A stretch of 64,000 nucleotides of DNA. Origin: an uncultured Candidatus Peribacteria bacterium. Lineage in GTDB: Bacteria; Patescibacteriota; Gracilibacteria; Peribacterales; Peribacteraceae. Numbering within the stretch: position 1 is the first letter of the stretch; each line of letters begins with the position of its first letter. The notes beneath the pieces are model-generated. The model ran no database searches and was not told the DNA's origin. It saw only the letters and a program-made list of their open reading frames with translations. The position numbers and the translations under genes were made by a program. The DNA lies in assembly GCA_964597665.1 (NCBI GenBank), contig CAZQYX010000006.1, positions 1,575-65,574 on the forward strand, given 5' to 3'. Of the stretch, positions 27,096 through 38,555 are shown piece by piece.

Positions 27096-28379
27096 ATGGT
27101 ACAATATGAGACCATTTATTCTCTAATGCGATCTGCTCACTACGACATATTCGGCAATATCATTCTCGACATCGTGGAAGAGAAGATGGTGCAGAATGAA
27201 GAAACTATCTCTGTTGGCATTTCTGACAGAACGACGTGCTTGCAAAAGCAGGGAGATGCATCGTCATGGACTCTCGTTCACGACTCGCCGCGAACAAGCG
27301 AAAGAAAATCTGCTCCGCACGAGCGATTGCATGAGAAGCAGAAGAGTTCGGGGGTCATCAAGAATTTTGGGGAACGCACGAAGCTGGCCATTTCTTCTTT
27401 GCCCGCCGAGAGTGCATCCCAATTCCATGCAACCGCCGGGGAAGTACAATCGCTGATTTCAAGTCTGCGTTCATCCCCTCAAAGAATTCACTCTGCACTA
27501 AGGAGCTTCCTACGGAAGGCAAATACTCCGCTATCCATGCAATCGCTCCTCCCAAAGAGCAAGAAACCCCCTACAAGGCTTCGGCTCTTTCTTGTCGATA
27601 CTGTTCGCTTCGGCGGAACATTCGCCGGTATTTTCATCATTCTCTTTATGGGAATCAACGCCCAGAGCTTCTTCCAGATTGCGAAGGCAGAACTGGCTCT
27701 CGGAGACGATCTGAATACACAGCAAGCGTTGGAAGAGATGGTCACCGGAGTGTCCGGAAGAAGCGAGATGATCGCCACAGACACGATGCGCGAGCAAAGC
27801 GAGTCGGATGTTCTCTCGCTCCTACCGTCCGTCGGTCCTTTCGAGAACAGACTTATTATCCCGAAGCTCGGCAAGAACATACCCATCGTTCGACCGAGCA
27901 TGGACGGACTGATGCAGGAAAACTGGAAGAAGTTTGAGGATGACATTCAATCTGCACTGAAAGGAGGAGTCGTCCATTACCCCGGTTCCGCAAGACCGGG
28001 ACAAGCCGGGAATTTCTTCGTGACCGGTCACAGTTCCTACTACCCGTGGGATGACGGAAGTTACAAAGATGTCTTTGCGAGACTGAAGGACTTACTACCC
28101 GGCGACACGTACTCCGTGTACTACGGAGGCGACAAGCACACCTATCGAATCACTTCAAAGAAAGAAGTGAAACCCAGCGATGTCTCGGTGCTGGACCAGC
28201 CGACTGATCAACGCATTGCAACACTGATGACCTGCACACCGATCGGGACAACGCTCCGTCGCCTGATCGTGATGGCGGAAGAAATTGACCCAACGACCGG
28301 TGAAATACTGACTGTGGGCGAGAAGGCAAAGAAAGATGAGACGACACCGAGGGTGAGGCTGGAGTCGTTGCCAATCTGA
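27096..28379 (+). CDS. Sortase-family transpeptidase with about 165-aa N-terminal cytoplasmic extension and one TM
   Basis: GNFFVTGHSSYY (His), ATLMTCTP (TLxTC Cys), TLRRLIV (Arg); TM FGGTFAGIFIILFMGI. Confidence 0.75.
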   Translation: MVQYETIYSLMRSAHYDIFGNIILDIVEEKMVQNEETISVGISDRTTCLQKQGDASSWTLVHDSPRTSERKSAPHERLHEKQKSSGVIKNFGERTKLAISSLPAESASQFHATAGEVQSLISSLRSSPQRIHSALRSFLRKANTPLSMQSLLPKSKKPPTRLRLFLVDTVRFGGTFAGIFIILFMGINAQSFFQIAKAELALGDDLNTQQALEEMVTGVSGRSEMIATDTMREQSESDVLSLLPSVGPFENRLIIPKLGKNIPIVRPSMDGLMQENWKKFEDDIQSALKGGVVHYPGSARPGQAGNFFVTGHSSYYPWDDGSYKDVFARLKDLLPGDTYSVYYGGDKHTYRITSKKEVKPSDVSVLDQPTDQRIATLMTCTPIGTTLRRLIVMAEEIDPTTGEILTVGEKAKKDETTPRVRLESLPI

Positions 28380-28499
28380 GGTTGGGTAAGTTTGGTATGT
28401 AGGGAAGGTTTGGTAAGTAAAAAAGTTAATGTAGAGAACGTAAGTTTTACGATGAATCTCCTGCCACAGGTACCTAACCTACTGTACCTACCCAACCTC
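28379..28499. repeat. Family A composite hairpin with about 50-nt loop, copy A3
   Basis: GAGGTTGGGTAAGTTTGGTATGTAGGGAAGGTTTGGTAAGT ... GGTACCTAACCTACTGTACCTACCCAACCTC; outer 9 bp are perfect; fills the convergent spacer between the sortase and EamA genes. Confidence 0.8.
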
Positions 28500-28501
28500 T
28501 T

Positions 28502-29515
28502 TTAAACGTTCTTCGGCAGCAAGGCAATATTCCCGTCTATCGTACTGACCGGAGTCTTTCGAAACGGAAGATGGAAGAACGACGAGTGAGAACGGATGGA
28601 GGTCATGGTACGGTCACTGAGCTGCTCGAGCACTAGACCGAAGAGAATGAAGGTGCAACCGAGAACTTGGTAGGACTGAATGCGCTCACCAAGGATGAGC
28701 GCCGCAAAGAAAATGCCGACCACCGGAGTGGCAACCTGAATGAGCGCCAGTGTCGTCGCACTCAGACGATCGAGAGATTCGTAAAAGAACGTCAGGTTTA
28801 AGTAGCGTGAGAAAAAAGTGAACGCGAGCAGGAGGAGAACTTTCTCGAGAGGGAATGCGGAAACCTCCTGCACGAACGATCCATGGAAGAAGAGAGCAAA
28901 GAAAGAGATGATCACAATCGCTGAGATATTGCGAAGGAGGATCGCCAGCTCCGGCATCACATGCGAGAGGTACTTCTTGAAGAGCACCGCTCCCGTTCCG
29001 AAGAACAGAGATCCCGCGACGATGAAGAGATCTCCGATATGGACGCTCGTTGGAACGCCCGTACCCGCGACATTGACAATGATAACTCCGAGCAGAACGA
29101 TCGATCCGCCAAGAACCTGCATGCGACTTACCTTCTCCTTCAGAACGAAGTGCGCTCCGATGAGAATGATGATGATATCCGACGAAGACAACATCGAAGC
29201 ATTGATAGCAGAAGTGCGCGCAAGACCTGTAAAGAACAGTAGGGGTGCTACTGCTGAACAGAGAAGTCCGATCAGAATAGATATCCACAGTGATTTTCTA
29301 TCCATCTTCCGAAATTCCCGCAGGAGCGGGAAGAGCCCGAACGTAATCAGGATGAAGAACGCCGTCAGCGTCTCGCTGAGCAGCAGGAGAGTGATGGGCG
29401 AGAGAAACGGCGTTAAGCCTTTTGCAAGGGCATTGTAGGTTCCGTTCCAGAGGAGTGCACCGAAACCGAGAACGAGGCCTAGGTGATACTGATGTTTTTC
29501 GTACGCTGTATGCAT
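28502..29515 (-). CDS. EamA/DMT-family transporter
   Basis: 337 aa, about 10 TM in two similar halves, typical DMT length and organisation. Confidence 0.75.
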   Translation of the reverse strand: MHTAYEKHQYHLGLVLGFGALLWNGTYNALAKGLTPFLSPITLLLLSETLTAFFILITFGLFPLLREFRKMDRKSLWISILIGLLCSAVAPLLFFTGLARTSAINASMLSSSDIIIILIGAHFVLKEKVSRMQVLGGSIVLLGVIIVNVAGTGVPTSVHIGDLFIVAGSLFFGTGAVLFKKYLSHVMPELAILLRNISAIVIISFFALFFHGSFVQEVSAFPLEKVLLLLAFTFFSRYLNLTFFYESLDRLSATTLALIQVATPVVGIFFAALILGERIQSYQVLGCTFILFGLVLEQLSDRTMTSIRSHSSFFHLPFRKTPVSTIDGNIALLPKNV

Positions 29516-29604
29516 AGATATTTGTTTCTTATATTATAGTATATTTTTATATATTTGTAAATGCCTCATGCCCTCGAGTCATTTCACGTTATACTGAGGT
29601 CCGT

Positions 29605-29692
29605 GCCGAGGTGGCGGAATGGTAGACGCGAGGGACTTAAAATCCCTTATCCACTATCGGATGTGTGGGTTCAATTCCCACCCTCGGCACCA
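29605..29692 (+). tRNA. tRNA-Leu (anticodon TAA), long variable arm, CCA encoded
   Basis: GCCGAGG TGGCGGAATGGTAGACGC ... AGGGA CTTAAAA TCCCT + variable arm + GTGGGTTCAATTCCCAC CCTCGGC A CCA. Confidence 0.9.
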
Positions 29693-29693
29693 C

Positions 29694-29724
29694 GAAGCAG
29701 AGTTTGCCGCGGCAAACACGCTTC
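29694..29724. terminator. Hairpin between the tRNA-Leu 3' end and the convergent asparaginase gene (possible bidirectional terminator, no T-run)
   Basis: GAAGC AGA GTTTGCCGCGGCAAAC AC GCTTC. Confidence 0.4.
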
Positions 29725-29737
29725 ATGGCACCGCCAC

Positions 29738-30733
29738 CTACAACTCCGTTAGCTCACCCGCCAAATTGTTCTCCATGATCGCCCGTATGCGTTTGCAGTC
29801 ATTCGTCTGTCGGAGCGCCCACATCAGCTTCACGACCGCACAATCGTAGGTCATGTCTTTGCCCGAAATCACGCCGAGATCTTCGAGAGCCATCTGCTTG
29901 CGGTACTGCCGAAGATCAATGGAACCGCGTAGAAGCTGTGAGGTGATGAGCACCGGAATATGCATCGCTGTTGCTCTGCGAATCCACGGGAAAAGGTGTT
30001 CGGGAAGCATCCCCTGACCGTAGGCCCTGAGCACGATGCCATGGGGTTTTGCTTTGAGGATCATGTCAAAATATTCAAGCGGCATCCCGGGATGAAGCAT
30101 CACCGAGACAACATTCGGATCGAAGTCTGGCCGGATTGCGAGCGTGCGCTTGCGTCGCACGGTTCGATGCGGCATCAGCTCCGTCACGACATTGAACTCT
30201 GCGAGCGGCGGACACTTGGGGCTCTGGAACGTTTCGATCATCGACTGGTCTGCCTTCTTTGATCTCGATCCTCGAAGCACCCTGGGCCCAAGCACAATGC
30301 ACACTTCGGCGAGATCGAGCAGTGCCGCTTCGATGGCGTACGTCAGGTTCATCCGCGCATCGGATCCGATGTCATCGATCGGCTTTAAGGAACCTGTGAG
30401 CACGATGGGCTTGCTGAGGTTCTGAAGCGCAAACGTGAGTGCGGCTGCGGTGTAACTCATGGTATTGGTACCATGAATGACGACGAATCCTTCGCAGTGT
30501 GCATACTGCTTCGAAATAACATTAATGATCTCCGTCCAGTGCGAGGGTGTCACCTCCGAGGAGCCGATGTCATCGATCGAGTGGAACCGGAGTGCTATGT
30601 CGCGCTGCAACTCGGGCACGAAACGATGAATCTCAACCAAACACTCGATGGGTTCGATGCGCCCGGTCTTACGATTACGGATCATCCCGATCGATCCTCC
30701 GACGTAGAGAATGGCAACGGTTGGTCTTGGCAT
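29738..30733 (-). CDS. L-asparaginase family protein (type I / GatD-like)
   Basis: VAILYVGGSIGM (variant of TGGTI), VVIHGTNTMSYTAAAL (HGTDTM); start trimmed to MPRPTVAIL (30733). Confidence 0.8.
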   Translation of the reverse strand: MPRPTVAILYVGGSIGMIRNRKTGRIEPIECLVEIHRFVPELQRDIALRFHSIDDIGSSEVTPSHWTEIINVISKQYAHCEGFVVIHGTNTMSYTAAALTFALQNLSKPIVLTGSLKPIDDIGSDARMNLTYAIEAALLDLAEVCIVLGPRVLRGSRSKKADQSMIETFQSPKCPPLAEFNVVTELMPHRTVRRKRTLAIRPDFDPNVVSVMLHPGMPLEYFDMILKAKPHGIVLRAYGQGMLPEHLFPWIRRATAMHIPVLITSQLLRGSIDLRQYRKQMALEDLGVISGKDMTYDCAVVKLMWALRQTNDCKRIRAIMENNLAGELTEL

Positions 30734-30737
30734 GGAA

Positions 30738-31727
30738 TCAGGATACCACGATCGTCTCTTCAATCCTCATTCCCCACTTACCGGGGAAATAGAGTCCGGG
30801 CTCGATCGTGATCACTTCATTTTTCCTGAGTTGTTGGACAGGCGCTTTCGAAGAAAGAGTGACACCCTCGTGAATATCGAGTCCGACACCGTGGCCGAGT
30901 GCATGGGAAAATTCCTTCTCGAAACCGTACGCTTTCAGGGTGCTGCGGGCAACCAAATCAAGTGCACGGTTTGTCACTCCCGGTTTCAGAATCTTCATGG
31001 CGGCTGCACTCGCATACCTGAGGGCGTTCATCGCTTTTGCCTGATCGCGAGTCGGCTTTTCCATGAAATAGACACGGCTATAGTCACTGCAGTAATGCGA
31101 GAATTTCGCTCCCATGTCGATCTGAACAACATCGGTCTTTCGAAGTTTTCTGTCTGTCGAATGGTGATGGGGAATTGCCGAATGTTCTCCGAATGCAACG
31201 ATACTTTCGAATGCCAGAGAATCCGCACCTCGTTTTCTGCATTCAGTCTCGATCTTCCACGCAAGATCTCTCTCGGTAATGCCGATACGGAGGAGAGTTG
31301 GGATGAGACGTAAGACGGATTTCGTAATGCTGCAAGCGCGAGCAATGGAACTGATTTCTCTCGACGTCTTCGATCTGCGAAACTCCTCGATGACTCCGGA
31401 AGTCTGAACAAATTTTGTATTCTTATATTTCTTCTTCCAGACTGCCATTCTTGAGAGTGTAATACTTTCTGCCTCAATGCCGATACTCCTGAGTTTCTGC
31501 AGATGTTTTGGAAGGGTCTCAAGAGGACAAATGCGAACGGTACCGGTCTCCAGTTTTTTGGCAGCCTCCAGATATCTGCTGTCAAGAAAGAACAGATACC
31601 GGTTCTTTGTCACGAGAATACAGCCTGCGGAAACAGAGAGACCCGTAAGGTACAGAATATTCGTAAGATCTGTGACCAGAAAAGACCTGCAACGGGCTTT
31701 TTGTAGAATCTGAGATGGCTTTGGCAT
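30738..31727 (-). CDS. pepP: M24 family Xaa-Pro aminopeptidase
   Basis: HALGHGVGLDIHE, EPGLYFPGKWGMRIEETIVV, D/D/H/E/E metal-ligand pattern. Confidence 0.85.
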   Translation of the reverse strand: MPKPSQILQKARCRSFLVTDLTNILYLTGLSVSAGCILVTKNRYLFFLDSRYLEAAKKLETGTVRICPLETLPKHLQKLRSIGIEAESITLSRMAVWKKKYKNTKFVQTSGVIEEFRRSKTSREISSIARACSITKSVLRLIPTLLRIGITERDLAWKIETECRKRGADSLAFESIVAFGEHSAIPHHHSTDRKLRKTDVVQIDMGAKFSHYCSDYSRVYFMEKPTRDQAKAMNALRYASAAAMKILKPGVTNRALDLVARSTLKAYGFEKEFSHALGHGVGLDIHEGVTLSSKAPVQQLRKNEVITIEPGLYFPGKWGMRIEETIVVS

Positions 31728-31770
31728 AGAAAGTATGCTATCATAAATAGATTATTTCACACTCATCATC

Positions 31771-32151
31771 ATGAAACTGTCCCGCCTTCGGTCATCATTG
31801 ATCAGCAGTGCAGCAGGAAGCGCCTTATCTGCATTTCTGCTTGTCTCCAGCGTGCAAGCTGCTGTCTTTGGCGGAGGAGGCCTTGCTGCAGGAGCAAGCC
31901 CGATCGGCGGCATGAGTACGAATACAAGCATTCGTTCGATCGTGCTCATCATCATTGCATTCATTCTCGATATCGTCGTTGTCCTCGCAATTCTTGCGAT
32001 CATTGTGGCAGGCTTGTACCTGATCACAAGCAACGGAGATGAAGCGCAGAAGGATAAGGCAAAGAAGATCATCTTCTATGCGATCATCGGAATTATCGTC
32101 ATCGTCATGGCCAGAGTCATCGTGCTGTTCGCAAACGAACTCTTCAGATAA
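31771..32151 (+). CDS. TrbC/VirB2-like two-TM pilin-type protein
   Basis: Signal peptide (…LLVSSVQA), then two hydrophobic helices separated by a charged loop ITSNGDEAQKDKAKK; matches the architecture of T4SS pilin-like proteins; no sequence search done. Confidence 0.5.
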   Translation: MKLSRLRSSLISSAAGSALSAFLLVSSVQAAVFGGGGLAAGASPIGGMSTNTSIRSIVLIIIAFILDIVVVLAILAIIVAGLYLITSNGDEAQKDKAKKIIFYAIIGIIVIVMARVIVLFANELFR

Positions 32152-32153
32152 TC

Positions 32154-34280
32154 ATGCGCCCTTTTGGATTCCTCGTCGGCTCGTCAATCGGACTATTCGC
32201 AATCCTCTTCTCAACGATTGTATTCGCTCAGGCCGATCAGGCCCAGACGCGGAGTGTCATCCGCATTGAAGCAGGCAACATACTGGAGATCGGTACCGAT
32301 ACTGTCTCGGCCAAACCCGATTTCAGCTGGATTCTGACGAAAGAACGGAAATTCCAGAATGCGCAGCGCTCGCGCTTCTTCAAGACCCGTTTTGCTCAGA
32401 CCGGAGTGTACTCCTTGGATATCAGTGTCCAGGAAAGCGAATCTTCTCAGAATGAGTACAACGCTTTTGAGATCATCGTCACGGATCCGATTGGCGGTGA
32501 TCCACCGATTGCTTCAGGAGGCCCCCTGAAGGCAATCCTGAAAACATCCCCCACGACGATCAACGGAACAGTCTACCTACCACCGGAAGGCGGCATTCTC
32601 TCTCTCGACGGCTCCGCATCGACAAGCAAAATTGTGCAGTACGCATTGGATCTCGATAGCGGAGTCGATACGGATTCCGACGGCGACCCGACGAATGATT
32701 TCGAGAATCTCGGGACCTATTCATCGGAAACAGGATCGCCGCTTCTGTACTTTGTGACGGAGAAAGGAAGGGAGCGAAACATAACGCTCACGGTGACAGA
32801 TACCATCACGGGGAAAACCGATGCGACTTCCGTACGTGTCATCTTTGGAATTGCTCCTGCAGACACGGGAATTCCGCAGACAAACGATGCCTCGAGTCCA
32901 ATCAGCGTCCAGCTCTCCGATGCAACTGCAACATTCTCGGTGCGTCTGCCCGAGGCGCAGACACTCGGAAAGGAGCTTCTGTACGAATGGAATTTCGGTG
33001 ATGGAAGCAGAAGCCTGCTTACAAGTCCCGTACACACCTTTGCAAATGCCGGAGGGTACGCAGTCAGCCTCATTGTCCGCGATATTACGAACGGTCAGAT
33101 CGTGTACCAAGGCTCCAATGGTCTGCAGATTGAAACGACAGGGATACAGTCATCGGCATCCTCAAGCAGTCAGGCTTCTGAGCAAATCAAGCCTGCCGAA
33201 AGCAGCGATTCCGGATCCGGAATCTGGAGCTTGCTTCGCGTGGGACTCATTGTGATTCTCCTGCTGTCATTTGCCATCGGACTGTACGCCCTCTTTATGT
33301 GGATCAAGCGGAAGACAGCCGGAAAGCTGGTGGAAACATTCGAGAGCATGGAGAAAACAATCGTGAAAGGCGAGAAAGCATCGGAGGCCAAACCGGAACC
33401 GCTCAAAATCAAGAAAGAAAGTACAGTGTCAGAAAAACAGTCACAGACTCCTGAAAGCATTTCAGAGCGTGAGAAGTCCAAGACGGAATTTTCCGGCACC
33501 AGTCGGAATAATACAGTTCCTCTCAGTACATCGGGCCCTGTCCCAAGCTGGTTGCAGAAAACAACAGCTCCTGTACCAGCTGCCGCTCCTATGGCTGCAT
33601 CTTCTTCTACGCCTACAGTAGGAGCAAAGGCATCTCACATAGCAGCACCTGAGAAGGCACCGGAGGTTCCAAAAAATACGTCAGCTCCGGTACCCGACTG
33701 GCTGAAGCAAGCGCCGCAGAAGAAGGAAGTAAACACAAATCTACCGACACCCACACCGAAGCCCCCTGAAACCAAAACAGAACCGGCGATCAAGCCACCT
33801 GTCTCTCTGCCGCCTTCGCCTATCCAAACTCCGGAGACGACGAAGCCATCTGCTCCGATGCCGCAATCTGCACCGACGAGTGCTCCAAAGCCAGCTCCTG
33901 CACTGCCGAAACCAGAAATGAGCAGTACTCAAAATCCAGTGATCACAGTACCGGCAGTAATCAAAGAGATTCCAAAACCTGAAAAAGTAAGCGCACCTGC
34001 TCCGTCTGCATCCACGCCAAAAGGAGTAGAGGAAAAACCAAAGGAGAAGCTGATTCTTTCTCCTGTAAAAACTGAGACAAACCAAGCAGCAGAGAAACCA
34101 AAACAAGTTGCGGAACCGGAGAAGAAGCCGGTCGCTCCTCAGGCTCCAGCGAAACCGGTTCCTCAGAATATAGAGAAGCAGGAAAAACCCGCAGCAAAGC
34201 TCTCGCCAAAACCGAAGACGAATGGAGAGAACGAAGCACCGATTGCTATCATCAAAGCGGATAGTCTGACGCAGGAATGA
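32154..34280 (+). CDS. Large surface protein: PKD domain(s), central TM, C-terminal Pro/Ala/Lys-rich low-complexity region
   Basis: YEWNFGDGSRSLLTSPVHTFANAGGYAVSLIVRD PKD signature; TM IWSLLRVGLIVILLLSFAIGLYALFMWI; about 300 aa of P/A/K/E-rich tail; starts 2 nt after the pilin-like gene. Confidence 0.72.
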   Translation: MRPFGFLVGSSIGLFAILFSTIVFAQADQAQTRSVIRIEAGNILEIGTDTVSAKPDFSWILTKERKFQNAQRSRFFKTRFAQTGVYSLDISVQESESSQNEYNAFEIIVTDPIGGDPPIASGGPLKAILKTSPTTINGTVYLPPEGGILSLDGSASTSKIVQYALDLDSGVDTDSDGDPTNDFENLGTYSSETGSPLLYFVTEKGRERNITLTVTDTITGKTDATSVRVIFGIAPADTGIPQTNDASSPISVQLSDATATFSVRLPEAQTLGKELLYEWNFGDGSRSLLTSPVHTFANAGGYAVSLIVRDITNGQIVYQGSNGLQIETTGIQSSASSSSQASEQIKPAESSDSGSGIWSLLRVGLIVILLLSFAIGLYALFMWIKRKTAGKLVETFESMEKTIVKGEKASEAKPEPLKIKKESTVSEKQSQTPESISEREKSKTEFSGTSRNNTVPLSTSGPVPSWLQKTTAPVPAAAPMAASSSTPTVGAKASHIAAPEKAPEVPKNTSAPVPDWLKQAPQKKEVNTNLPTPTPKPPETKTEPAIKPPVSLPPSPIQTPETTKPSAPMPQSAPTSAPKPAPALPKPEMSSTQNPVITVPAVIKEIPKPEKVSAPAPSASTPKGVEEKPKEKLILSPVKTETNQAAEKPKQVAEPEKKPVAPQAPAKPVPQNIEKQEKPAAKLSPKPKTNGENEAPIAIIKADSLTQE

Positions 34281-34281
34281 C

Positions 34282-34360
34282 TGGGGCGAGCGACGGGACT
34301 CGAACCCGCGACCCTCTGGACCACAACCAGATGCTCTAACCAAACTGAGCTACGCTCGCC
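34282..34360 (-). tRNA. tRNA-His (anticodon GTG) with encoded G-1 and CCA
   Basis: Reverse complement G GCGAGCG TAGCTCAGTTTGGTTAGAGC ... TCTGG TTGTGGT CCAGA ... CGCGGGTTCGAGTCCCGT CGCTCGC C CCA. Confidence 0.9.
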
Positions 34361-34435
34361 ATAGGATAACGCTAAAGAACAAACCTGTTTGCGCGGGGAT
34401 TGTAGCGGAAAATCCTTTCAGGTACACTCACCTGC

Positions 34436-35791
34436 ATGGCTGAGCTGAAGTATAGATCACCCAAAGGCGTTCACGATGTGCTCCCGTCGGATCACCAGTA
34501 CATGACGTATATCAAGAAGGCCGTACGTCACCGCGCACGCCAAGCAGGCTACAAAAGGATCGATCCACCGCTGTTTGAAGAACGCGGACTGTTTGAACGC
34601 GGGATCGGTGCACATACCGACATCGTCGAGAAGGAGCTCTTCAATGTCGGCAGAAAAGGTGCGGATGACACGGCGGATAAAGACTACGCACTTCGTCCGG
34701 AATTCACTGCGGGCATTTGCAGAAGCTTCATCGAACAGGGTATGCAGGAGTTGCCACAACCCGTGGAACTCTACGCCATCGGTCCATGCTTCCGGTACGA
34801 CCGTCCCCAGAAAGGAAGGTACCGGCAATTTCATCAGTTCGACTTCGAAGTGATCGGCCTTTCAGATCCATCAATCGACGCGCAGCTGATCCATATGGTG
34901 GTCAAAATTTTTTCTGATCTGAAAATCCTCGGTCGTCTGTCTCTGCAGATCAATAACATCGGCATTCCGGAAGACAGAAAAAACTATGTTCAAGCACTCA
35001 AAGATTATTTCTCAGGAAAGGAAAGGAATCTTCCTGAACTGGATAGAAAAAGGCTTGCGGTGAACCCACTTCGCCTTCTGGATTCCAAGGAAGAAGACAC
35101 ACAAATTCTCATTAAGATGGCTCCGACACTCGATCAGTTCATTTCGCCTGAGAGCAAGAAGTACCATGCCATACTCCTCGACTATCTCGACACCCTCGGC
35201 ATTACGTACACCAAAAACCACGGACTTGTGCGCGGACTCGATTACTACAATCAGACGGTCTTCGAATTTTGGGACAGCTCGACTGGTGCGCAGAATGCAG
35301 TCGGTGGAGGCGGTCGGTACGACTATCTCATCGAGCAGCTTGGCGGGAAAGCGACACCAGGCGTCGGGTTTGCAGGCGGTATCGAGAGAATCATGTGGCA
35401 CATGCAGGAAGCAGGAGTGGTCGCACCGAACAAAGACCAAGTGGATGTCTTCGTTGCGCAGCTCGGACCCGAAGCGAAAAAGAAATCCCTTCCGCTTGTC
35501 GGTGAACTTCGAGACCTCGGCATTCACACGGTTGGAGCACTCGGCGAAGCAAGCCTGAAGAGTCAGATGCGCCTTGCAGACAGGTTTCAGGCAAGGTACA
35601 CGCTGCTTCTCGGACAATTGGAAGTGAAGGAAGACACGATCATCCTACGAGACATGGCTGCAGGAAAACAGAAGCAAATCCCCTTCTCCAAGGCTATACC
35701 GGAAATCGTGAAGCTGATCGGCAAGGAACACTTAGACAGCTACTCGCTCACCGATAAATTCGGGAAGTTCGCAGATCCAGGAGAAGGGTAA
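34436..35791 (+). CDS. hisS: Histidine-tRNA ligase
   Basis: LRPEFTAGICRSF, CFRYDRPQKGRYRQFHQ, GGGGRYDYL motifs; 451 aa. Confidence 0.95.
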   Translation: MAELKYRSPKGVHDVLPSDHQYMTYIKKAVRHRARQAGYKRIDPPLFEERGLFERGIGAHTDIVEKELFNVGRKGADDTADKDYALRPEFTAGICRSFIEQGMQELPQPVELYAIGPCFRYDRPQKGRYRQFHQFDFEVIGLSDPSIDAQLIHMVVKIFSDLKILGRLSLQINNIGIPEDRKNYVQALKDYFSGKERNLPELDRKRLAVNPLRLLDSKEEDTQILIKMAPTLDQFISPESKKYHAILLDYLDTLGITYTKNHGLVRGLDYYNQTVFEFWDSSTGAQNAVGGGGRYDYLIEQLGGKATPGVGFAGGIERIMWHMQEAGVVAPNKDQVDVFVAQLGPEAKKKSLPLVGELRDLGIHTVGALGEASLKSQMRLADRFQARYTLLLGQLEVKEDTIILRDMAAGKQKQIPFSKAIPEIVKLIGKEHLDSYSLTDKFGKFADPGEG

Positions 35792-35822
35792 TTACAAAAG
35801 AGGAAAGGGAGCCGTCTCATGC

Positions 35823-35909
35823 TTCGAGACGCGCTCGCTAACGCTCACGCTCCTCAGCATGACAGCTTAAGGATATGTCACGGTGAGGAGCACCGCAGTG
35901 CGTCTCGAA
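35823..35909. repeat. Long GC-rich composite hairpin, second copy (related to 21433-21526), in the hisS/gyrB convergent spacer
   Basis: Outer stem TTCGAGACGC/GCGTCTCGAA, inner stem GCTCCTCAGCATGACA/TGTCACGGTGAGGAGC; upstream CGTCTC (35813-18) can alternatively pair with GAGACG. Confidence 0.75.
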
Positions 35910-35944
35910 CCGTAACGAAGCAGCCTGCATTTTTCAGAGGTTCA

Positions 35945-38071
<2,127 letters not shown>

Positions 38072-38226
38072 TCAGCTTGAGATAGATTTGACATAAGTAA
38101 TAGTATATTGATTGATAATATTTGTTGTTTGGTGTAAACTATTGTTGTGTTCTGAATGGGTTCACCCCGCAGTCGCACGTGCGACTCACCCCATCTAAGA
38201 ATGCCTTGGCACAAGGAGTAAGAGCC

Positions 38227-38427
38227 ATGTTAGTTCTCAGTCGAAAGCTGAACCAAGAGATTCGCATTGCCGAGAATATCGTCGTGCGAATAATCGGCAT
38301 CAAAGGCAACCAGGTTCGCCTGGGAATTATTGCCCCGTCCGAGGTTCCGGTACTGCGTGAGGAACTCACGACAAAGGTACCGAAGCCTAGAGCTTCAGCT
38401 TCCCGAGAACAAAGGGCCAATCACTAA
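38227..38427 (+). CDS. csrA: Carbon storage regulator CsrA
   Basis: MLVLSRKLNQEIRIAENIVVRIIGIKGNQVRLGIIAPSEVPVLREEL; AAGGAG 6 nt upstream of the ATG; start trimmed from the ORF-track 38122. Confidence 0.9.
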   Translation: MLVLSRKLNQEIRIAENIVVRIIGIKGNQVRLGIIAPSEVPVLREELTTKVPKPRASASREQRANH

Positions 38428-38474
38428 CATGAATGGCCCACTACCCAATCTCAGCATTGGCTGGGATACAAGAT

Positions 38475-38502
38475 AGCGGGATGACACAGTCGTCATCCCG
38501 CT
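38475..38502 (+). terminator. Hairpin after csrA (weak T tract)
   Basis: AGCGGGATGAC ACAGTC GTCATCCCGCT followed by CCTTTATGTTTGCCCTTTT. Confidence 0.5.
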
Positions 38503-38555
38503 CCTTTATGTTTGCCCTTTTCATCTCTCCTCCCCTCCCCTACACTCTTCCCGCT

